Shown: positions 46,491 through 56,492 of the stretch, one piece after another | Position numbering within the stretch: position 1 is the stretch's first letter | How the letters are laid out: every line of letters starts with the position of its first letter | Sequence record: SRR20825006_1228 | Length of the DNA: 64,000 nucleotides | Reading direction: 5' to 3' (one strand) | Position numbers and translations under genes: made by a program | Notes under the pieces: model-generated | The model's database searches: none | What the model saw: only the letters and a program-made list of their open reading frames with translations | Told to the model about the DNA's origin: nothing

Positions 46491-49160
46491 ATGAGACTTG
46501 ATAAGAACAGAAGTTTGAAATTCGGTTTGAGCGTCCTGATGGCAAGTGCGGCGATCCCGGCTGCTTTGGCACAGCAGGGAGACAGCAAGGAAGATTCCCG
46601 CCGCCTTGAGACTATTCGCGTCGAAGGCCAGACTGTCGATGCGTCCGCATCCGACATCGCTGTGGACTTCGCTGAATACGGCACACAAGTTCAGTTGATC
46701 AGTTCGGAAGAAATTGAAACGGGCGGGTTCACGAATTTTGGCGAATTGGCCTCAGGCCTGATCCGCGGTGCGAACATTGGCTATTCGCCGGACGAAGGCG
46801 AGTTCACCATTCGCATTGATGGCGGCACTGATCGCGATACCTTGTTGCTGGTCGATGGCGTCCCTTTCTTTGATCGCTCGTCTCCATTGGAAGATCTGTG
46901 GCCCGCGACAGCCATTGATCCGCGCATGATCGACGGTGTTGAAGTCTATCGTGGTGGCAACAGCCTCTATTTCGGATCCAATGGCGGCCTGGGCGTTGTG
47001 AGCGTGAAAACGAAACGCCCAGACGGCACTCAGAAAGGCGAATTCGGTGTCTATGCCGGTTCATTCAAAACCCGCGAGTATTATGGCAACATGTCGTTCC
47101 CTCTGGACAAGGCCGGCAAACACTCCGTGCTGGTCTATGGCCGCTCCTATGAGACGGATGCGCACGAACTCTTCGACGAGGAGGCCTATGGCGACAATGT
47201 GCTTGCGCTCGGCGGACGTCACGAATTCCCATACAGCTTCAATAGTCTGGGCATCAAATATTTGTGGGATATTGCACCTGAGACAGAGCTTCTGCTCGGT
47301 GCTTCGTACACGACGATCGATTTCAGAGACTCCTTCCCGCAAAGCACTATATTTCAGCCGAACTTCACAGAGTTCCCGATTTACACCGGCGAATTCAAGC
47401 ATCGCTTCAATGACAAGCTCAAGCTGAATATCGAGGCGCACTATCAGGACCCTCAGCTCAAGAATAACGAGATTGATGCCCGTATCTGTCAGATCCCCCG
47501 CCTGTCGGATTTGCCGGAGGATATTCAAGCCATTGCTGCGGGTCAGGGGATTTCAAGCTTCTCTACAGCAACTGAGTTCGAAAGCTTCGCGGCAGGTATT
47601 TCCGGTCTCGCTGCGGGTTGTGTCACCAATCCGGTCGGGAGCGCGGGCAGCGCATCTGATGATCGTCTGAATGGCGGTAGCAATTTCTACATCAATCAGG
47701 ATCCAGACAGCCCGCACTTCGGCCAGCCTTACGGCACGCACCAGAATCCGTTCCCAATCGGCGCACCCATTGGATATGTCGTGCAATCTACCGCCAGCTT
47801 CGGCGATGGTGGTCTGACGAAAGGCTTCGGGACGACTGATCAGAGGGAGTCTGGTTATGTCGATTACGGTCTGAATGCACGGGCCACTTATACGGTCAAT
47901 GAGTATATCGAACTCGTCGCAGGTCTCCAGAATACTACCTATAAAGACAATTCTGACGACTCATTCGGCGTCAAGGATGTCAAGCTCACGAGTACGGGTG
48001 TCTATGGCGACCTAAGGCTCTCCCTGCCAGTGCTGGATGGTTTCAGTGGGTCATTTGCCGCTCGTCAGGACTTCAACGACAATTTCGATGATCAGTCGAT
48101 CTGGAAAGTCGGGCTGCGTCAGAACCTGGGATACGGTATCTATGCGCGGGGGTCTGGCGGCACGTCGTACAGTCTGCCGAAGATCGACGAAATCGGCGCA
48201 TTCGGATCGGGCGCGAACATCAACCCTGGTCTGGAACCACAGGAAGTCAGCGCGTTTAACGTCGGGGCCGGTATCGATGGTGACATTTTTGGCGGAACCT
48301 ACAATGTCGAGATCGGGTACTTTGAAACAGAAATCGAAAATCTTTTCTCCAGCCGGGCTATTGGTGCGGTCTGTTATGAATATGCCAATGATGTTGCAAA
48401 CCCATTGTTCAACAATCTGAACAATGACACCGCAGCGATTGAGCAGAACCGTCGGAACATCATTCCGCCGAGCGAATTCTGCGCCACGGCTGCAGCGGGC
48501 CTGAATGATCCTGGCGAAACAGTTGCGGTGAACGCGCTGCGTCAGCAGGATATTGAAGGCTTTACGATTGACGTCGCTTTCGACTTTGATCAGTGGCAGG
48601 CAGACTTCAGCTATACTGATATGGAGTCGCTGGAGCCGAACCCAGTCTTTGGAACGATGGCGCGCCTGGATGGCTCCACTACCGACCTTGGCTTTGTCGT
48701 GCCGGGGAAGGCTGGAAGCGCGGAGTATCGCCAATCTTCAGAACGTCCGGAGTGGACGCTGTCCGGCCTCATCACCTACACGCCAACAGACCGCTGGACA
48801 TTTGCACTGAACCCGCGCCTGCAAGGGCCGGAATGGGCATATGCGGGCACCAGCCTGGCGCGCATGGTGGATGAGAACGGAAACCGAGTAGTCGAAGATC
48901 TGAACTTCGGTGACTATTTCGTCCTCAATGGATCCGTTCAGTATTTCCTTGGCGAGGAGAAGCAGCACCGTTTCCTCATTCGCGGCGTGAACTTGCTGGA
49001 TGAAGAATATTACGAGCGAGCTTCCGGTGGCTCGGGCTATAGCCGGGACCGTGCCGTGGTGCGCGGAGAAGTGGGCCCGAACGACAGTGCATACTACCGC
49101 CAGTATGGGTGGAACGGCAAACCGCGTTCGTTCTGGATCCAGTACGAGTACTCGTTCTAG
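46491..49160 (+). CDS. TonB-dependent receptor
   Basis: Signal peptide, ETIRVEG, LLLVDGVP, GVEVYRGG, NLLDEEY and C-terminal YSF. Confidence 0.92.
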   Translation: MRLDKNRSLKFGLSVLMASAAIPAALAQQGDSKEDSRRLETIRVEGQTVDASASDIAVDFAEYGTQVQLISSEEIETGGFTNFGELASGLIRGANIGYSPDEGEFTIRIDGGTDRDTLLLVDGVPFFDRSSPLEDLWPATAIDPRMIDGVEVYRGGNSLYFGSNGGLGVVSVKTKRPDGTQKGEFGVYAGSFKTREYYGNMSFPLDKAGKHSVLVYGRSYETDAHELFDEEAYGDNVLALGGRHEFPYSFNSLGIKYLWDIAPETELLLGASYTTIDFRDSFPQSTIFQPNFTEFPIYTGEFKHRFNDKLKLNIEAHYQDPQLKNNEIDARICQIPRLSDLPEDIQAIAAGQGISSFSTATEFESFAAGISGLAAGCVTNPVGSAGSASDDRLNGGSNFYINQDPDSPHFGQPYGTHQNPFPIGAPIGYVVQSTASFGDGGLTKGFGTTDQRESGYVDYGLNARATYTVNEYIELVAGLQNTTYKDNSDDSFGVKDVKLTSTGVYGDLRLSLPVLDGFSGSFAARQDFNDNFDDQSIWKVGLRQNLGYGIYARGSGGTSYSLPKIDEIGAFGSGANINPGLEPQEVSAFNVGAGIDGDIFGGTYNVEIGYFETEIENLFSSRAIGAVCYEYANDVANPLFNNLNNDTAAIEQNRRNIIPPSEFCATAAAGLNDPGETVAVNALRQQDIEGFTIDVAFDFDQWQADFSYTDMESLEPNPVFGTMARLDGSTTDLGFVVPGKAGSAEYRQSSERPEWTLSGLITYTPTDRWTFALNPRLQGPEWAYAGTSLARMVDENGNRVVEDLNFGDYFVLNGSVQYFLGEEKQHRFLIRGVNLLDEEYYERASGGSGYSRDRAVVRGEVGPNDSAYYRQYGWNGKPRSFWIQYEYSF

Positions 49161-49286
49161 TCATCCAATGGTCTGACCCTGTGTGAACAGGGGCAGGCTC
49201 GCCCCGATTGGATGATTAAAGGCTGCCGGCGTCTGTCCCACATGTCGGCAGCCACCCCTCTTCGCGTGTGGATGGAAGGACTCTCA

Positions 49287-50819
49287 ATGTTTTCTCGTCG
49301 ATTGTTTCTGGCGTCTTCTGGCGCTGCTCTTTGGGTGCCTAAACTGGCAAACGCTCAAAACGGCAAGCAGCACTTCACGTTGGGCGTCGCATCAGGATCG
49401 CCCCGGCCCAGCAGTGTGATTTTGTGGACGCGACTGGCCCCCAATCCGCTGCAAGGCGGCGGTATGCCGTCGGGCGTGGCGCAAGTGCGATATCGTGTGT
49501 GCACTGATGAGGAAATGCGAAAGACGTTGATGGATGGCATCGCCACCACAGCCGAAGACAAGGCACACTCGGTGCATGTGCGTATCGAAGGCTTGCGGCC
49601 GGGTCGGGAGTATTTCTATCAATTTTATTATGGCGACGAAGAAAGTCCTGTCGGGCGGACACGAACATCAAGCCCCGATGACGACTCTGCCAAGATCGCG
49701 CTGGCCTATTGCCAACACTACGAGTCCGGTCACTACGCGGCCTATCGTGATCTTGCGGAATGGGTGCCCGACTGCGTCGTTCATATCGGAGATTATATCT
49801 ATGAGGGCGGCATCAGTCCGCTTGGCGCGCGGATGCGCGATGTGGGGGGCGGGGAGCGGCGTTTGTTTGAGACCGTGCGCCAGCACAATAGCGACGAAAT
49901 TACCACCTTATGGGACTATCGAAATCGTTATGCGCTCTACCGTTCCGATCCACACCTTCAGGCGGCACACGCTATTGCGCCCTGGATCGTCGCGATGGAT
50001 GATCACGAGGTCGATAATAACTGGGCCTCAAACACGCCTCAGGACCCGGAAAAGCAGACGCAGCTCGAATTCCAGGTTCGTAAATATGCAGCTTTCAAGG
50101 CCTACTACGAGCATATGCCGATCGAAGAGCCGCCCACTCTGCGAGATATGAGGCCTGCGCTGAAGCTCTACAACAAGTATGTGTTCGGCCCTGCTCAGAT
50201 ACATTTGCTGGATACGCGTCAGTTCCGGTCGGACCAGCCATGTGGCGATGGCCGCAAGCCGCTTTGTTCAGATGCGAAAGATCCGGCTCGCACCATGTTG
50301 GGTGCAGAACAGGAAGCTTGGCTGAGCCGTGAGCTCAAGCAGTCCAGCTCCGCTTTCAATGTCATCGCAACGCAAACCTGGTTCACTCCTTATCGCTACA
50401 ATGCGCCGCCTGACGGTCCGGTCACCAATCTGGACAGCTGGGACGGCTATCCGGCTGCGCGCAACCGGCTCTCGTCCGTCTTGGCAAATGACGTGTCAAA
50501 CCCCGTTTTCCTGACAGGGGATTGGCACACCGCCATGGCATCGACTCTGTATGAAAAGCCCTTCGATCCAACATCGAAGCGCATCGGCCATGAACTCGTG
50601 GGTGGTCCCATTTCCTCCGGGTGCCCCTGGGCGCGGGATATGGAGGTCATGCGGAGCGCGAACCCTCACGTTTCCCACTTGAATGGACAGCAGCGGGGCT
50701 ATCTGCGAGCCACGTTTACCTCCGACAATTGTCATGGAGAGTTCCGCGTCGTCGAGGATGCTGGCCGAGCCAATTCACCTGTTTTCACCGATATTGAAAT
50801 TCGAACCAAAGACATCTGA
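49287..50819 (+). CDS. phoD: Alkaline phosphatase D with Tat signal
   Basis: SRRLFL, FTLGVASG, WTRLAP, CQHYE, GDYIYE, DDHEVDNN, LDTRQFR, WDGY and TGDWH. Confidence 0.95.
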   Translation: MFSRRLFLASSGAALWVPKLANAQNGKQHFTLGVASGSPRPSSVILWTRLAPNPLQGGGMPSGVAQVRYRVCTDEEMRKTLMDGIATTAEDKAHSVHVRIEGLRPGREYFYQFYYGDEESPVGRTRTSSPDDDSAKIALAYCQHYESGHYAAYRDLAEWVPDCVVHIGDYIYEGGISPLGARMRDVGGGERRLFETVRQHNSDEITTLWDYRNRYALYRSDPHLQAAHAIAPWIVAMDDHEVDNNWASNTPQDPEKQTQLEFQVRKYAAFKAYYEHMPIEEPPTLRDMRPALKLYNKYVFGPAQIHLLDTRQFRSDQPCGDGRKPLCSDAKDPARTMLGAEQEAWLSRELKQSSSAFNVIATQTWFTPYRYNAPPDGPVTNLDSWDGYPAARNRLSSVLANDVSNPVFLTGDWHTAMASTLYEKPFDPTSKRIGHELVGGPISSGCPWARDMEVMRSANPHVSHLNGQQRGYLRATFTSDNCHGEFRVVEDAGRANSPVFTDIEIRTKDI

Positions 50820-50877
50820 TGTTTCCCGAACCCGGCACCACTCAAGCCAAGTGCCTATCCTAAAGAGGACCAAGCCC

Positions 50878-52005
50878 ATGTTTTCAAAGATCAGCCTGAT
50901 TGCTACGTGTGCAGCGCTTTATGTCTCCACCGCTGTTGCGCATGAGCGTGCGGTAGAGTTTCCTGACACGGAAGATGGCAGCGTCGTTTTGGCCGCCGAC
51001 CTGCACACTCATTCGGTATTCTCAGACGGCGAAGTCTGGCCGTCCATTCGGGTCAAGGAGGCCCATCTGGACGGACTGGAAGTTCTGGCGGTAACTGAGC
51101 ATTTGGAGCATCAGCCACACAAGGCCGACATGCCGCATCCGGACCGGAACAGGTCTTATGAGATTGCTGAAGGTGTACGGGCAGATTCGGAGTTCGACCT
51201 GATGGTTATTAATGGCGCGGAGGTCACTCGCGATATGCCCTATGGGCACATCAACGCCATCTTCCTGAGTGATGCGAACGCGCTTCTGACTGAAGAACCA
51301 AAGCAGGCCATGAAGGCGGCGAAGGCCCAAGGGGCGTTTGTGTTCTTGAACCATCCGAATTGGTTGCCGCATGTGTCGGATGGGATTGCGCGTCTCAGTG
51401 ACTATCACAAGGATCTGATCGCGGAGGGCCTGCTTCAGGGCATCGAGGTCGTGAATGGAACTTTGGATGGGCACTCCGAACATGCGCTCCAGATTGCCCT
51501 AGACAATAATCTGACCGTAATGGGCACGTCTGACATCCATGGCCTTGTGGATTGGACCCATAGTGCCGGAGCTGGCGGGCATCGCCCGATGACGCTCGTA
51601 TTGGCTTCGGATCGTAGCGAAGCGGCCTTCAAACGGGCTTTGTTTGATGGCCGTACAGTGGCCTGGTCTTATGACGACCTGCTCGGCCGGGAAGAGCATG
51701 TGAAGGCAGTGGTTGATGCCTGTCTCACTCTTGAGGCTGAACCGGCCGTGCGTGACTACACAGTGATCTCCGCGAAAATCGTCAATACTTGCCCGGTAAA
51801 TTTCACTCTGCTTAATCAGGGAGAGGAAACGTTCCAGAACACCGGCGATGTGCTGAATGTAAAACGGGATGGGGAGACGGCGGTTGCTGTGCGCACCAAA
51901 ACCGGCAAAGGTCAGATGGTTCTGACCGTTGATGTACTGAACGCCCAGATTGGCTTTCGCAAAGCCTTGACGACACGTCTTGTGACAGCGATTCCCGCTC
52001 AATAG
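50878..52005 (+). CDS. Secreted PHP-domain phosphoesterase (probable phosphodiesterase)
   Basis: Signal peptide, DLHTHSVFSDG, TEH, GAEVT, GHINA, NHP, GIEVVNG and SDIH. Confidence 0.88.
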   Translation: MFSKISLIATCAALYVSTAVAHERAVEFPDTEDGSVVLAADLHTHSVFSDGEVWPSIRVKEAHLDGLEVLAVTEHLEHQPHKADMPHPDRNRSYEIAEGVRADSEFDLMVINGAEVTRDMPYGHINAIFLSDANALLTEEPKQAMKAAKAQGAFVFLNHPNWLPHVSDGIARLSDYHKDLIAEGLLQGIEVVNGTLDGHSEHALQIALDNNLTVMGTSDIHGLVDWTHSAGAGGHRPMTLVLASDRSEAAFKRALFDGRTVAWSYDDLLGREEHVKAVVDACLTLEAEPAVRDYTVISAKIVNTCPVNFTLLNQGEETFQNTGDVLNVKRDGETAVAVRTKTGKGQMVLTVDVLNAQIGFRKALTTRLVTAIPAQ

Positions 52006-52042
52006 CTCTCGGATCGTTCCGGAAATTCCTATCTCCTGTCAG

Positions 52043-52078
52043 AGCGCACATCCCCATGGGATGTGCGCTTTCCTCTTC
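52043..52078 (+). terminator. Rho-independent terminator
   Basis: AGCGCACATCCC-CAT-GGGATGTGCGCT followed by TTCCTCTT. Confidence 0.7.
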
Positions 52079-52109
52079 GTGACGGCAAAGTTCATTTCAA
52101 ACCCCAAGA

Positions 52110-52169
52110 TGCAATTGACTTGCAATAACATTTCCCCTAGTCGGCAGTTAATACTGAGACACATTCTCA
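52110..52169. promoter_or_regulatory. Two iron-regulator (alpha-type Fur-like) boxes
   Basis: TGCAA-TTGAC-TTGCA (52110-52124) and TGAGA-CACAT-TCTCA (52155-52169), upstream of a siderophore-type receptor. Confidence 0.6.
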
Positions 52170-52196
52170 TAAATGCAAATCCAAGGGGTAAATTTG

Positions 52197-54374
52197 ATGC
52201 GAGTATCGCGGGTCAGCGCTGTCAGTACTGTTGCGCTTCTTATAGGTGTGGCATCTGCCGCTCCGGTCTGGGCGCAGACTTCGGACACGGACCGGGCCGA
52301 AGAGAGCCGTCAGGAAACGGTGATCGTGACCGGTACGACCGGATCTTTTGGTGCGACCAAGAACGAAACACCGATCGTCGAGACGGCACGCTCGCTCTCC
52401 GTCGAAACATCCGACATGTTCATAGACAAGGGCGCCTTGCGGCTGGTCGATACGTTGACCTATGTGGCGGGTGTGACTGCCGAGCCCTATGGCTTCTCAA
52501 CCCGCGGTGATTTCCCATTCTCCCGTGGTCTAAGCATACCGCGTTATCGTGACTCCATTCAGGAACTCTTCGGTAGCTACAACTCCACTCGTGCCGACGT
52601 ATACACGATTGAGCAAGTTGAAGTGCTCAAAGGTCCAGCTTCGGTACTCTATGGTCAGGGGTCACCGGGCGGTATCGTCAACTATGTGTCGAAAACGCCG
52701 TTGGAAGACTTTGGCGGCGAGATCGCGGCACAAGTGGGAAACAATGATCACTACCAGATTGCAGGTGACGTAACCGGGCCAGTCGCAGGTTCAGATGGCA
52801 AGCTGCTGTATCGTCTGGTTGGCCTCTATCGCGACACAGGTACGCAGATTGATCAGGTTGACGAGACGACGACGGTTTTCATGCCATCACTCAGCTGGTT
52901 GCCGACGACAGATACCAAATTTACAGTGATCGGACTTCTTCAGGATACCGATAGCGATGCAGCTGCCCAGTTCATTCCGGTCGAAGGTACGCTCAATCCG
53001 CTCAGTTCTTCAGGCGGCTACCTGAACAACAATGTCTATGCCGGTGAGCCTGGTTTCAACCGTTATAATACGGACTCACAGCAAATTACCTTGTTGGGTG
53101 AACATCGCATCAATGATGTATTCAAGCTGGAGGGTACGGCGCTTTGGCGGTCCGGCGAGGCCGACTATCAACAAGCTTGGCCGGTCTTCTACGGTCCGCG
53201 CTATCTGAACCAGATTCTCGATGCCACACCCGCCTTGCAGGCTGCGGCAGACCTGCAGGGACTGACGTTCACCGACACGACCGTGCCCCGTACATTCTAT
53301 CAAGGTGACAATACGTTCGACCAGATGGCAGGCGACTTGCGCCTCCGCGCAGAATTTGCCACCGGCAAGTTCGATCACCATGTCCTCGCCGGGATGCAGT
53401 ATCAAGACGTCGAAACCGACAGTGACTCTGCATACTATTTCGGCGGCGGGGTTCTGGCCGGCGACTTCCGTTATGTTCTCGATCTGGCGAACCCGGTTTA
53501 TGGAAACTATCCAGACCAGGCGACATTTGACGCGATCTACAGTGACACACCCGCTTCGAACGTCGAAGACTTCGGCATCTATCTTTCCGACCAGATATCC
53601 TACGAAAACTGGCGTTTCACGCTGGGCCTGCGCAGCGATAGTGTCGAGAATGACAGCGGTACGACCGTCCAGGATGACGACGCGATATCGACCAGCGTTG
53701 GCGTACTCTATCGATTCGACAACGGTTTTGCGCCATATGCCAGCTATTCGGAATCCTTCGAGACCGTTGTCGGAACTGATACGCTCACCAACAATCCGCT
53801 GAAACCTCAGGAGGCCCGTCAGTATGAAGTGGGTATCAAGTATGAACCTGAAGCCTTACCGGGATTGATCACGTTCAACTATTTCGACATCGAAATCTCC
53901 AATTTGTCCAACCCGAACTCCCTGCCGGGTGCCGCCTCGCAACAGGAAGGCGTTGGCAAGCTGAAAGGCTTCGAATTCGAGAGCCACGTTCAGATTGATG
54001 AAGTCTATCTGCAGGCATCCATTTCCACGCTCGATGCGGAAGACCCGAACGGATTCCAGTTGGCGGCTGCACCGGAAACGCAGGCGTCTCTGTGGACTAC
54101 ATGGCGTCCAGACGGTCGTTGGTCCGGTTTCAAATCAGGCGCAGGTATCCGTTATGTGGGCGAGACCGTTTCCGAGAACGGAACCGTCCGCTACGTGACG
54201 CCAGACTATACGCTAGGCGACCTGATGGTCGGTTACGAGTGGGACACATGGGATTTTCAGGTCAATGCACGCAATCTGACCGACGAAGACTATCTCACGG
54301 GTTGCTTGACGCGGGGGGATTGTTTTCCTGGCCAGCGCCGAACGGTCGTAGCCAGCCTGCGCTACAAATTCTAA
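52197..54374 (+). CDS. TonB-dependent siderophore receptor
   Basis: ETVIVTG, ATKNETPIVE, EVLKGPASVLYG..SPGGIVNYVSK, YASYSESF and C-terminal C..C..G.RRTVVASLRYKF. Confidence 0.93.
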   Translation: MRVSRVSAVSTVALLIGVASAAPVWAQTSDTDRAEESRQETVIVTGTTGSFGATKNETPIVETARSLSVETSDMFIDKGALRLVDTLTYVAGVTAEPYGFSTRGDFPFSRGLSIPRYRDSIQELFGSYNSTRADVYTIEQVEVLKGPASVLYGQGSPGGIVNYVSKTPLEDFGGEIAAQVGNNDHYQIAGDVTGPVAGSDGKLLYRLVGLYRDTGTQIDQVDETTTVFMPSLSWLPTTDTKFTVIGLLQDTDSDAAAQFIPVEGTLNPLSSSGGYLNNNVYAGEPGFNRYNTDSQQITLLGEHRINDVFKLEGTALWRSGEADYQQAWPVFYGPRYLNQILDATPALQAAADLQGLTFTDTTVPRTFYQGDNTFDQMAGDLRLRAEFATGKFDHHVLAGMQYQDVETDSDSAYYFGGGVLAGDFRYVLDLANPVYGNYPDQATFDAIYSDTPASNVEDFGIYLSDQISYENWRFTLGLRSDSVENDSGTTVQDDDAISTSVGVLYRFDNGFAPYASYSESFETVVGTDTLTNNPLKPQEARQYEVGIKYEPEALPGLITFNYFDIEISNLSNPNSLPGAASQQEGVGKLKGFEFESHVQIDEVYLQASISTLDAEDPNGFQLAAAPETQASLWTTWRPDGRWSGFKSGAGIRYVGETVSENGTVRYVTPDYTLGDLMVGYEWDTWDFQVNARNLTDEDYLTGCLTRGDCFPGQRRTVVASLRYKF

Positions 54375-54386
54375 GGCGGGCGCTAT

Positions 54387-54968
54387 ATGAGCCATGCTGA
54401 CTATATCCTGGCGATCCTTGCCTCGGTCGGAGGCATATTCGGTCTTGCGCTGCTCTTCGCAGTGTGGCGCAAGCCGGGGCGCCCGGTCCTTCTGGTGCTC
54501 GGATGGGCGCTGGTGGCCGCAAGTCTTGTCGTATGGTTTATTGTCAATTTTGATCGCGGTGTCGCACAGGTCGCCTCGCTCCTGATGCTGATCGTGGCCG
54601 GGGCGATCACTCTGCCGGGGCTGCGCGGAACCAACGGCCTGCAAGCGCCTGTCCGAAATCGCGAGGTACCTGATCGCGCACGCCAGTCACCCTTGCGGAT
54701 GACAGCCGACATCGGTTCCGGAATTTGGACGTTTCTGCTGGCCGGGCCGGCTGCAGGTGCGATCTCTCTATATGCTGGAGGGGCGCTCCTGCGCCTAACC
54801 AAACCGGAAATAGGCAATCCGACGAATGCCGTGGTGGTGGCCTTCCTCGTCAGTTTATCCCTATGGGCCGTATTGAGCACGTTGGTGCTCATGGAAAAAC
54901 GCAAATTACGTCGCAGCGTCTATGTGGTGGTCGCCTTGGCGGCCGTGCTCTGCGCCGCTCTCATTTAG
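54387..54968 (+). CDS. Membrane protein associated with the iron-uptake operon
   Basis: About 6 hydrophobic helices. It sits between the TBDR and the PepSY-TM gene with short gaps. Confidence 0.7.
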   Translation: MSHADYILAILASVGGIFGLALLFAVWRKPGRPVLLVLGWALVAASLVVWFIVNFDRGVAQVASLLMLIVAGAITLPGLRGTNGLQAPVRNREVPDRARQSPLRMTADIGSGIWTFLLAGPAAGAISLYAGGALLRLTKPEIGNPTNAVVVAFLVSLSLWAVLSTLVLMEKRKLRRSVYVVVALAAVLCAALI

Positions 54969-54986
54969 CTTGTCGAGACTCTTCCT

Positions 54987-56474
54987 ATGGCAAAATCCCT
55001 CTGGCCAAAATCTTCAAGTGAACGTGTTGATTCCGCCCTGTCGGCGCACTCTGTCATGGGGCTGGTAATCAGCGCTTTGCTGTTTGTCATCTGTGTGAGT
55101 GGCACGATTGCGGTGTTTGAGGACGAGCTGGAATGGTGGGAGCAAGCGGGCACTCCGACGGTGCACGAAGTTTCTCCATCCGTGATGCAAGCGACTGCCG
55201 AGGAAGTGCTCAAGCGCGATCCCGAAACGACACATCTCTACATGTATCCTCCGCGGGAAAACTGGCCCCGGTTTGTGGCTGGTGGGGACAATGGCATATT
55301 CGTGTTGAATGAGTCCGGTGAATTCGTGCGCCAACTGGAGGCGCCTTGGAACGATTTCCTTATTGAACTCCATTACTATCTCACCATGCCGCACAGTCTC
55401 GGCATTATCATTGTTGCCATATTCGGTGTCATGCTCGTGTCTATGGCAGTCTCGGGACTGCTCGCGCATCCGCGTATCTTCCGAGATGCTTTCCGATTTC
55501 GGCGCACCGGCCAGGCGCGGCTGGCTCAGGCCGACCTTCATAATCGTCTCAGCGTCTGGACGACGCCTTTCCTCATTGCTGTGGCGGGAACTGGTGCGAT
55601 GATCGGACTGTTCGGTGTCGTGGCATTCATTTTTGCACAGACCAATTTTGGTGGCGACACGAAGAAGCTTAGTGAGGCGATCTTCGGCGGTGAAATCCTC
55701 GAAGCTGACGCCACGCCTGCACCCATTACCGGCGTGGATACGGCGCTCATCAATCTCGATCGCGATATACCTGAGGCAAACCCTTTCATTGTGATCATTC
55801 ATGAGCCTGGAACCAAAAGTCAGCACATCGAGATCTATGGCGACGAGACCAATCGCCTGATTTATGGGGAAACCTATACCTATTCGACGGATGGCAAGTT
55901 GCTTGCGACCGGGCACAATTCCGACGGGCCGGTTGGTCAACAGGTCGCCATGTCGATGTATCGGCTTCATTTCGGTGATTTCGGCGGCGCGCTGATGAAG
56001 TCGATCTATTTCCTGTTGGGCATCATGCTCTGTATTGTCGTTGCCACCGGCTTGAACATCTATTTCCTCAAGCGCCGCGAGAAGGGGCGTGCGGCACCGC
56101 GTCTGGAAGCGATGTGGAGTGGTTGGATCTGGGGCAGTATGGCCATGTTCCCGATTACGCTGACGGTTAGTCTTCTGGGTGTCAGTGGCGGTTGGCTGAT
56201 CGCGATGTTCTGGCTTGGATCAATCGTGTTTTCAGGTGTCGCAACTGCATGGATGAGTGCAGCGTCGGCGGGCCTGATGTTCCGCGCAATCTTTGGCGCG
56301 GCCTTGCTCTCTGCATCTCTGGTTCACCTGCTGCGCGGCGACATGGATTGGACCAATGCCTACATGGTGACCATCTCCGTGGCTCTGCTTGCCACAGGGG
56401 GAGCTTTTGTTGCGAGGGCGCTTTGGTCCAAGCGGTTCAGTGCAGAGCCAGCGACGACTGTTCAGGCTGGCTGA
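54987..56474 (+). CDS. PepSY-associated TM helix protein (PiuB/FoxB-like iron-uptake membrane protein)
   Basis: Conserved His in AHSVMG, ELHYYL, DLHNRL and RLHFGDFGG. Confidence 0.88.
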   Translation: MAKSLWPKSSSERVDSALSAHSVMGLVISALLFVICVSGTIAVFEDELEWWEQAGTPTVHEVSPSVMQATAEEVLKRDPETTHLYMYPPRENWPRFVAGGDNGIFVLNESGEFVRQLEAPWNDFLIELHYYLTMPHSLGIIIVAIFGVMLVSMAVSGLLAHPRIFRDAFRFRRTGQARLAQADLHNRLSVWTTPFLIAVAGTGAMIGLFGVVAFIFAQTNFGGDTKKLSEAIFGGEILEADATPAPITGVDTALINLDRDIPEANPFIVIIHEPGTKSQHIEIYGDETNRLIYGETYTYSTDGKLLATGHNSDGPVGQQVAMSMYRLHFGDFGGALMKSIYFLLGIMLCIVVATGLNIYFLKRREKGRAAPRLEAMWSGWIWGSMAMFPITLTVSLLGVSGGWLIAMFWLGSIVFSGVATAWMSAASAGLMFRAIFGAALLSASLVHLLRGDMDWTNAYMVTISVALLATGGAFVARALWSKRFSAEPATTVQAG

Positions 56475-56492
56475 GGCAAACTATGCCTGACT

